Shown here: positions 19,233 to 25,989 of the stretch, one piece after another | How positions within the stretch are numbered: position 1 is the stretch's first letter | Layout: the number at the start of each line of letters is the position of its first letter | NCBI GenBank assembly: GCA_902787305.1 | Contig: CADAFS010000005.1 | Location: 1-63,575 of the forward strand | Reading direction: 5' to 3' | Source: an uncultured Pseudomonadota bacterium | GTDB taxonomy: Bacteria; Pseudomonadota; Alphaproteobacteria; Rs-D84 | DNA: 63,575 bases | Made by a program: the position numbers and the translations under genes | The notes under the pieces: model-generated | What the model saw: the letters and a program-made list of their open reading frames with translations, nothing else | What the model was told of the DNA's origin: nothing | Databases searched by the model: none

Positions 19233-20516
19233 ATGCGACTAATTCCACGTGGTTTTTTCTGGCGAACAATTTTGTTGATATTGGTTCCGTTGATTTTGGC
19301 ACTGACCATCGTTGCCAATGTGTTTTTCGGCAATCATTGGGCGCGCGTTCATGCAACACTTGCGCGAACACTTTCGGTTGAAATCGCAACAATTATGAAT
19401 TTCATAGATTCAGGCGACACACAAACGGCGGAAAAATTGGCGCACGACATCGGAATAAACACAACCGTTGCACCCGAAATCCACCGCCACGCAAAAAATG
19501 ATAATAATTCGCGCGCGGCGGGATTACTTGCCCAAGAACTTGCCAAACGCATAAATCGCAACAGTGAAATCTATGTTGATCGCGGCCACCGCCTTATTAC
19601 AATTGATGTCCCAACGGCGAACGGCGAAATTGCGACATTCGGGACAAGTTTATATCGCATTTATTCCACCAGTACAGAGGTTTTTATAATTTGGCTAATT
19701 GGTGCGATTTTGATTGTGTCCGCATTGGCCACGCCGTTTATAATTTTGCATAACCGCAGTATTCGTCGCATTGCGCACGCGGCAAATCGTTTCGGGCGTG
19801 GCCTTGATGTGCCGGGTTTTCAACCAACCGGATCCAAGGAAATACGTGATGCCGCCGCGGCCATGATAACCATGAAAGAACGCCTTGATAGATATAACCG
19901 CACCCGCACCGACATGTTGAACGCGGTAAGCCACGATTTGAAATCACCCCTGGCGCGGATGCGTTTGGCGATAGAAACGGATTCCGGCGACAAATCCGCG
20001 CTGCTTGCGGATATTGACCGTATGACATCAATGATAAATGGTTATTTGTCCTTTGCGCGTGGCGAAATGCCCGAAATTGAACAATCGACCGAATTACCGC
20101 CAATGCTTTTGCGGATTGCGCGTGACGCGGCCCCGGATAAAGAAATCATAACTAAATTCCCCGAAAACCCGGTTCAATTCTATGCGCGCCCGATGGCACT
20201 TGCGCGGGCGTTTGCGAATATAATTGAAAACGCGGCACGATACGCCAATACGAAAATAAAAATAACCGAAATCGATGGTGCGGACGAAACAACGGTTATA
20301 ATCGAAGACGACGGCCCCGGCATCCCAGACGACAAAAAGGCCGATGCAATGCGCCCATTTGTCCGCTTGGACGATGCACGTGGCGCAAATACCGGTGGCA
20401 CGGGACTGGGGCTGTCCATCGCACAGACGGCAATTGAAAATCACGGCGGTCGCATATTCTTGGAAGATGGCGACCTGGGCGGGCTGCGTGTGCGTGTGGT
20501 TTTACCAATTCAATAA
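19233..20516 (+). CDS. sensor histidine kinase (EnvZ-like)
   Basis: Two N-terminal TMs, H-box AVSHDLKSPLARM, N-box NIIENAARY, G-boxes DDGPGIP and GGTGLGLSIA. Confidence 0.85.
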   Translation: MRLIPRGFFWRTILLILVPLILALTIVANVFFGNHWARVHATLARTLSVEIATIMNFIDSGDTQTAEKLAHDIGINTTVAPEIHRHAKNDNNSRAAGLLAQELAKRINRNSEIYVDRGHRLITIDVPTANGEIATFGTSLYRIYSTSTEVFIIWLIGAILIVSALATPFIILHNRSIRRIAHAANRFGRGLDVPGFQPTGSKEIRDAAAAMITMKERLDRYNRTRTDMLNAVSHDLKSPLARMRLAIETDSGDKSALLADIDRMTSMINGYLSFARGEMPEIEQSTELPPMLLRIARDAAPDKEIITKFPENPVQFYARPMALARAFANIIENAARYANTKIKITEIDGADETTVIIEDDGPGIPDDKKADAMRPFVRLDDARGANTGGTGLGLSIAQTAIENHGGRIFLEDGDLGGLRVRVVLPIQ

Positions 20517-20528
20517 AAAGGGCAAAAT

Positions 20529-22241
20529 ATGAATCTGTATAAATATGTATCTGATAAACTAAATGAAAAATTGGGTTTTGCGGCAAAACTGGAAATTCCG
20601 CGCAACCGTGACTTTGGCGATTTTTCAACGAACGCCGCAATGGTTATGGCACGGGTCGCGGGCAAGAATCCACGTGAAATCGCAACCGAACTTTTGCCTA
20701 AAATCAAAGAATTGGATTTTGTGTCCGATGCTTCAATCGCGGGGCCGGGGTTTATCAACCTGAAAATCAAGGACGATTTTTTATGGAACGCGGCGCAAAC
20801 CGCGGCCGAAATCACGCGCACCACAAAGCCAATGACAATCGATATGGACTATGGTGCATATAATGTGGCAAAATCATTACATATCGGACACCTGCGCACA
20901 TCAATTGTGGGTGATACATTGTACCGGCTTGGGCGCGCAATCGGGCACAAGATGATTTCGTATAATCACATGGGCGATTGGGGCCGTTCGATGGGAATGG
21001 TTATCGCATGGATTGAAAAACTACACCCGGATTGGCCATTTTTTCAAGAAAACTTTGACCCAACCGCGGATTATTCGGGATACGCCATGCCGGTCGTAGA
21101 GTTAGACACATATTACCCATCGGCCGCGGCACTTGCCAAGACGGATGAAAAATTCATGGAACGCGCACAAATCATAACCGCCGAATTGCAAAATGGACAC
21201 CCCGGATATAATGCACTTTATAATGTATTTATCCCGGTATCATTGCAATCGATGGATGAAATTATCAAGAAACTAAACATGTTACCGTTTGATAATAACC
21301 TTGGTGAACGCAACGCCGCAAAATATGCGGACCCGGTCGAAAAGATATTGCGCGACAAAAAATTATTACAACAAAGCGACGGTGCGGAAATTGTTGTCGT
21401 TCGGCGTGATACCGATAACAAACCAATGCCACCGGTTATGTTCCGCAATTCCCGCGGCGCAACAACATACGATGCAACGGATATTATGGCGCTTTATTAT
21501 CGTAAAATTACGGACACACCGAACCATATAATTTATCTGACCGATAGCCGCCAAAGTCTGCACTTTGAACAATTGTTCCGCGTTGCCGAATTAACGGATA
21601 TGTTCCCGGCCGATTCATTGGAACACATTGGATACGGCACAATAAACGGCACGGACGGCAAACCGTTTAAGACGCGTGACGGCAACGCCGCGGGGCTAAA
21701 CGACATTATCGACATGGTGCAAACGGCGGTTCGCGACCGCGTCGCCGAATCGGGCAAGAAATTGGACGACGCAACAATCGACGAAATCGCGCTTGCGGCA
21801 TTAAAGTTCAACGATTTGTCGCACGATTTGCGTTCGGATTATATTTTCGAACCATCACAAATCACATCGTTCGAAGGTCGCACGGGGCCATATATACTCT
21901 ATACCGCGGTGCGATTAAATTCGGTCCTGCGCCGCGCCGAAAAATTTGACACACCAAAAACCGCGAACCTTGGGCCGGACGAAAGAAACCTGGTTATGGA
22001 ATTATTGGACTTTGACCGCACGGTGCAATCGGCATTTGATTCACGCGCAACGGATTTGGTCGCGAACTATGCATACGATGTATGCCAATTGGTGAACACA
22101 TTCTATCACAATTGCCCGATATTGCGCGACGATGTTGATGCGGAAACGCGCAATATGCGACTTTCACTGATTAAAATCGCGGTTGATGTTTTGTCGCGTG
22201 CATTGGATTTAATGGGCCTAAAAATCCCGGTGGAAATGTAG
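20529..22241 (+). CDS. argS: arginine--tRNA ligase
   Basis: Class I HIGH-type motif (SLHIGHLRTSIVGD) and overall ArgRS-like sequence with an anticodon-binding C-terminus ending in M. Confidence 0.95.
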   Translation: MNLYKYVSDKLNEKLGFAAKLEIPRNRDFGDFSTNAAMVMARVAGKNPREIATELLPKIKELDFVSDASIAGPGFINLKIKDDFLWNAAQTAAEITRTTKPMTIDMDYGAYNVAKSLHIGHLRTSIVGDTLYRLGRAIGHKMISYNHMGDWGRSMGMVIAWIEKLHPDWPFFQENFDPTADYSGYAMPVVELDTYYPSAAALAKTDEKFMERAQIITAELQNGHPGYNALYNVFIPVSLQSMDEIIKKLNMLPFDNNLGERNAAKYADPVEKILRDKKLLQQSDGAEIVVVRRDTDNKPMPPVMFRNSRGATTYDATDIMALYYRKITDTPNHIIYLTDSRQSLHFEQLFRVAELTDMFPADSLEHIGYGTINGTDGKPFKTRDGNAAGLNDIIDMVQTAVRDRVAESGKKLDDATIDEIALAALKFNDLSHDLRSDYIFEPSQITSFEGRTGPYILYTAVRLNSVLRRAEKFDTPKTANLGPDERNLVMELLDFDRTVQSAFDSRATDLVANYAYDVCQLVNTFYHNCPILRDDVDAETRNMRLSLIKIAVDVLSRALDLMGLKIPVEM

Positions 22242-22245
22242 GGAA

Positions 22246-22298
22246 GTGTTAGTCCGTCACGACCGCGGCGCGGTCATGCCGCGACGGGTGGTTAGTAA
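22246..22298 (+). repeat. array - GC hairpin - array module after argS
   Basis: gtgttagt + ccgtcacgaccgcggcgcggtcatgccgcgacgg + gtggttagtaa. Starts 5 nt after the argS TAG. Confidence 0.8.
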
Positions 22299-22306
22299 AA
22301 TAATAC

Positions 22307-22380
22307 CTCATACTGGCGAAAGCCGGTATCTCGTCGTCACAGTTGAAACCACGAGATACCGCGTTACCGCGGTATGACGG
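22307..22380. repeat. MITE-like double-hairpin element
   Basis: catactggc-gaaa-gccggtatctcg ... cgagataccgcg-tta-ccgcggtatg. The two hairpin halves are mutually inverted. Same architecture as 24602-24679. Confidence 0.7.
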
Positions 22381-22419
22381 TGCATTTTTGTGGGGCCCGG
22401 TACCGCGGGGTGTGGTTCC

Positions 22420-22448
22420 CACTAACCACTAGCCACTTACACTAACAC
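22420..22448 (-). repeat. TAGTG-type array (G-strand on minus)
   Basis: Plus strand reads cactaaccactagccacttacactaacac. Immediately upstream of the promoter of the 22516 CDS. Confidence 0.8.
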
Positions 22449-22463
22449 TTTCTAATTTTCCCC

Positions 22464-22492
22464 TTGTTCGAAAATTCAAAATTTGATAGAAT
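22464..22492 (+). promoter_or_regulatory. sigma70-like promoter for the 22516 CDS
   Basis: TTGTTC-17 bp-TAGAAT, 24 nt upstream of the ATG and immediately after a CACTAAC-type array. Confidence 0.5.
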
Positions 22493-22515
22493 AGGGCAAA
22501 AGGGACCACAGAGAG

Positions 22516-24474
22516 ATGAAAAAAATTCTATTTTTCTTAATTCTTTTCCATGCAAGCGCAGGCACCGGTCACGCACTTACCTGTGTTCCAAAAACGGGTA
22601 ACACCCCTAGTGACAACAGATACTTGAAATACTGGGGTGGTGTGCTTGAAACATACCTGCAATGCGGTGGTTCTGGCGGCGGTTTTCACATATGCAAAAA
22701 TGGCGTTGTTGTTGAAGGATGGGACGGAAATTTGCATAAATGCACACAACAAGGTTGGAAAACTGTTAATGATATACAAAACTGCGATGGTGTGTTAGAA
22801 AAAATAGAACAAGACTATGGTGGTTTATCAAATCTTAGTACATTGTTCGCAAACAAATCTCACAACTCGCAATGGTTGTATTACTATAATACAGATGAAG
22901 CAAACGGTTATACTGCAATTAAAAATTATTGCAAATATGATTATAATGAATTTGAAAAACAACTTGCCAAATGCACCGGCGATTTTTTGCATTGGAATGA
23001 TGACGATACGGTCACATTGTGCGATGCCTCCGCGGCATCTTCATCCACAGAATCCGCACCACAACAATCCACAAAACTAGCGCGAACATCCAAAGAAATC
23101 AATTGTAAAAATACGGGTGGCGATAGGTACGATGCAAAAAATGATTTATGTGTATGTAACGCGGAAGAAAAACACCTAACCCAAACCACCGAACAAGGTT
23201 ACAGTATCTGTCGTTGTATGGATGGATACAAACGCAACAATGAAAACAATAGCGCAACCGGCGAATGTGTCTATGCGCCGGAAATAAAAACCCAAATTAA
23301 ACGGGACGACATGGCTATGCAGCGCGATGCCGAAGACGCATATCGCAATGAATACGATAATGCACAAAGCCTTGCGAATAAAGGTACAACCGCACTTTCC
23401 ACACTTGCGACGGGCGAGGGCGCAATGATGGCCGCGCGCGCGATTGCCGAAAAAATCGCCGATGATGATGCCGAAGAAAAAATGTCCGAATATATTACGA
23501 CAATGAAATGCGAATATGGTGGTGGGCAATCGGTGAACCTTGGGGACACGGAAACATTGCCGGGCGGAAATGAACTGACCAACTATTACGCCGAATACAA
23601 ACAATTGGCGGATAAATTAAAGGCAACCAAGGCCGCACTAAACCTGCGCCCCGGAATTGAAGCAGAGGTTTTATACGACCGCGCCGAAACAGGTCTTTAT
23701 CAATACGCCAACGCCGAACGGCAAAGCGGCGGATTTACATCACTTTCGCGCGCGTTAATGAACCCCGAAGGTGCGGACGCCGAACAATGGAACGCACAAC
23801 GCGCCGAAACAAACCGTGATTTATTGATCGGGGGCACACTTGCCACCGTCGGGCTTGCCGGATCATATATCGCCAACCGCGCAATCAACAAAGACCATGT
23901 AAAAAAGTATAAAGAATTGGAAGAGAAGTTTAATAAAATTGAACAAGAACTTTTAAACAAATATCCGGAAGCATTCGTTCCAGAAGAAATACCTGTTAAA
24001 CCATCAATAGAAGAACCGATTATAGATACTATTGATGAAATAGACCCGATAATTGAACAAACACAACCGGCCCCTCAACTTGATTTTAAACCTTTCTCTG
24101 ACAAGTATCTGTTTGCCTCTGGCTCATATAAACTAAAAAGCAACGTTGCCGCATTAGATGACTATATACAAGGATTAATTACCACTCTTAATAAACCCGA
24201 ATATGCAGATTTTAAGATATGTATTAAAATAGATGGTCATACCGATAGAGTTCCACCCGCGCCCGGCTTTATGTCCAACCAGGAATTGTCACAAAAACGC
24301 GCAGACAGTGTGAAAGATTATATGGAACCCAAATTGAATTCGATTACTAATCATATTTCAAACATGGTTGCAACTGGATATGGGGACAAAAAGTGTACAG
24401 AAGATAAATACGAAAAAATAGACGATGACAATTGTCGTAGGATAGATATAACAATAGAAGCATGCGGTAACTAA
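22516..24474 (+). CDS. envelope protein with C-terminal OmpA/MotB-like peptidoglycan-binding domain
   Basis: Signal peptide, Cys-rich N-terminal part, TM (LLIGGTLATVGLAGSYIA). C-terminus has IDGHTDRV....SNQELSQKRADSVKDYM...GYGD. Confidence 0.7.
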   Translation: MKKILFFLILFHASAGTGHALTCVPKTGNTPSDNRYLKYWGGVLETYLQCGGSGGGFHICKNGVVVEGWDGNLHKCTQQGWKTVNDIQNCDGVLEKIEQDYGGLSNLSTLFANKSHNSQWLYYYNTDEANGYTAIKNYCKYDYNEFEKQLAKCTGDFLHWNDDDTVTLCDASAASSSTESAPQQSTKLARTSKEINCKNTGGDRYDAKNDLCVCNAEEKHLTQTTEQGYSICRCMDGYKRNNENNSATGECVYAPEIKTQIKRDDMAMQRDAEDAYRNEYDNAQSLANKGTTALSTLATGEGAMMAARAIAEKIADDDAEEKMSEYITTMKCEYGGGQSVNLGDTETLPGGNELTNYYAEYKQLADKLKATKAALNLRPGIEAEVLYDRAETGLYQYANAERQSGGFTSLSRALMNPEGADAEQWNAQRAETNRDLLIGGTLATVGLAGSYIANRAINKDHVKKYKELEEKFNKIEQELLNKYPEAFVPEEIPVKPSIEEPIIDTIDEIDPIIEQTQPAPQLDFKPFSDKYLFASGSYKLKSNVAALDDYIQGLITTLNKPEYADFKICIKIDGHTDRVPPAPGFMSNQELSQKRADSVKDYMEPKLNSITNHISNMVATGYGDKKCTEDKYEKIDDDNCRRIDITIEACGN

Positions 24475-24484
24475 CTGCCTGTTT

Positions 24485-24566
24485 CGGGGCGACAGGAATG
24501 TAATTCCCACTTCACTTCGTTCGCGGGCCCCTTTCACTGCGCGCACCGTGTGCGCTTGTTCCGAAC
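24485..24566. repeat. conserved about 80-bp element end beginning with a tRNA-Pro(GGG) 3' fragment
   Basis: cggggcgacaggaat equals tRNA nt 24691-24705. The remainder matches 51616-51683. Confidence 0.75.
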
Positions 24567-24601
24567 ATTATTGTTTCCAGTTCATCCCCACTACAATCTT
24601 C

Positions 24602-24679
24602 CTGTCATCCCGCTGGAAAGCGGGATCTTGTCGTTCACGTCGAAGTTCAACAAGATACCGCCTTGCGGCGGTATGACAA
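24602..24679. repeat. MITE-like double-hairpin element
   Basis: ctgtcatcccgc-tggaaa-gcgggatcttg ... caagataccgcc-ttgc-ggcggtatgacaa. Confidence 0.75.
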
Positions 24680-24686
24680 TTTTTAA

Positions 24687-24763
24687 TGGTCGGGGCGACA
24701 GGAATCGAACCTGCGACCCCTTGCACCCCATGCAAGTACTCTACCAGGCTGAGCTACGCCCCG
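24687..24763 (-). tRNA. tRNA-Pro (anticodon GGG)
   Basis: Acceptor CGGGGCG/CGCCCCG, anticodon loop ATGGGGT, T-loop GGTTCGATTCC, encoded CCA. Confidence 0.9.
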
Positions 24764-24796
24764 ACGATATGATATATTAAAGCAATACACTTTCAA

Positions 24797-25036
24797 TTAC
24801 AAATATTTTTTTTGAAAATCTCTGCCAGCGTGCGTCTTTAAATATTTTTCAAAGTTTTCCGCTTTTTCTTGCGTGTCAAATGCAAAATACGACACAATTC
24901 GCCATGGTTTATATTTATTCGTGTGTCGGCATGTGCCATTGTTATGTTCACGAAATCGCAACTTTAGATTATTCGTATAACCAACATAAAAATGTTCTGG
25001 CGAATTTACACTTTGTAAAATGTATACATAAAACAT
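24797..25036 (-). CDS. GIY-YIG nuclease-family protein (79 aa)
   Basis: MFYVYILQS....FYVGYTNNL..R..EHN.G matches the GIY-YIG / UPF0213-type domain. The 5' extension in the track ORF runs over the tRNA fragment and is not credible. Confidence 0.75.
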   Translation of the reverse strand: MFYVYILQSVNSPEHFYVGYTNNLKLRFREHNNGTCRHTNKYKPWRIVSYFAFDTQEKAENFEKYLKTHAGRDFQKKYL

Positions 25037-25141
25037 TACTTGTCCGTCTCCGCTAACGCTACGCCGAGACGCTCCGTTTCGTCCGCGCCCTTCGGCAAAA
25101 ACCTCGGTCGCGGCGGTTGCCACGGCAACCGACGGAACGGG

Positions 25142-25199
25142 CGAACCTGCGACCCCTTGCACCCCATGCAAGTACTCTACCAGGCTGAGCTACGCCCCG
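25142..25199 (-). pseudogene. 5' partial copy of tRNA-Pro(GGG), nt 1-58
   Basis: Appears identical by eye to 24706-24763 (plus 4 nt of 5' flank) and diverges inside the T-loop. Has no T-arm 3' half or acceptor 3' strand. Confidence 0.85.
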
Positions 25200-25298
25200 A
25201 CGACAGACAGCATGATAATATAAACTTTCACAATTTGCAAACAGATAAATAAAACCGTTATACACTAAATTTGATGATGGAAAAAATTTCCAGAGAAC

Positions 25299-25455
25299 CG
25301 TCACACCGCTGAAGAGCGGTGCCCAGGCCGAACGGAGTGAGGACTTGCCCCGCAGGGATTCTGAAACAAGTTTAGAATGACAATTTATTTGTGATGTTCG
25401 CGACGCAAGTTTTTGCGTTCGCAAAAACTGGATCCCGCGCTTCCGCGGGATGACA
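25299..25455. repeat. longer member of the same hairpin-ended element family
   Basis: Ends are cgtcacaccgc-tgaaga-gcggtg and ggatcccgcg-cttc-cgcgggatgaca. An internal gttcgcgacgcaagtttttgcgttcgc hairpin is also present. Confidence 0.6.
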
Positions 25456-25476
25456 ACATTGTGAAACATGCGCGCA

Positions 25477-25501
25477 TAAAAAAAACCGCCGAAGCGGTTT
25501 T
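25477..25501 (-). terminator. rho-independent terminator of the His-rich protein gene
   Basis: Minus-sense aaccgc-ttcg-gcggtt followed by T8. Confidence 0.75.
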
Positions 25502-25503
25502 CT

Positions 25504-25794
25504 TTATATCAATGCCGACAGCAATATCGCCGTTGCAATTATCCAATCGCCTGTATGCGCACCATGGTGATGATGGTGGTGATGATTATGGTGATGCGAC
25601 ACATGAACCGGCGCCGGCGGCGGGTTATGATGCGTCACGTGGTGTCCACCGTGCCGCGGCGCGCCATGCGTATGTGTCACGAACGGACGTGGCGCATGAT
25701 GACCACCGCCATGATTCGGTGCCGCATTAGCCGACCCGACGCACAACGCCGCCACAACCGCCACAGATGTAAGGAATAGATTTGTTTTTTTCAT
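25504..25794 (-). CDS. small secreted His-rich protein
   Basis: AAAGGAGA RBS and signal peptide ending SANA. About 40% His in the mature part, including HHHNHHHHHHH. Hydrophobic C-terminal tail DWIIATAILLSALI. Confidence 0.6.
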   Translation of the reverse strand: MKKTNLFLTSVAVVAALCVGSANAAPNHGGGHHAPRPFVTHTHGAPRHGGHHVTHHNPPPAPVHVSHHHNHHHHHHHGAHTGDWIIATAILLSALI

Positions 25795-25922
25795 GTTTAT
25801 CTCCTTTGGTTCAAATTCATTATATAATATAATGATTATAAAAAGCAACAATTATTTTTATGAAATATAACAAAAAACAAACTCCCTATTGCGGCCTACG
25901 CCGCGATGACAAGAAAAGGGCA

Positions 25923-25948
25923 CACTAACACTAACCACTAACACTTAC
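25923..25948 (-). repeat. TAGTG-type array (G-strand on minus)
   Basis: Plus strand reads cactaacactaaccactaacacttac. Abuts the -35 of the 25990 CDS promoter. Confidence 0.8.
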
Positions 25949-25950
25949 TC

Positions 25951-25979
25951 TTGACCCATTTTTGGATTTTTGATAAAAT
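25951..25979 (+). promoter_or_regulatory. sigma70-like promoter for the 25990 CDS
   Basis: TTGACC-17 bp-TAAAAT directly after a CACTAAC-type array. Confidence 0.55.
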
Positions 25980-25989
25980 TGTCGCAGAG

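Noticed and set aside
24797-25171. The 124-aa version of the GIY-YIG ORF.
   Set aside because: The N-terminal 45 codons run across the partial tRNA-Pro copy and its GC-rich leader. The conserved GIY-YIG domain starts exactly at the internal ATG (25036).
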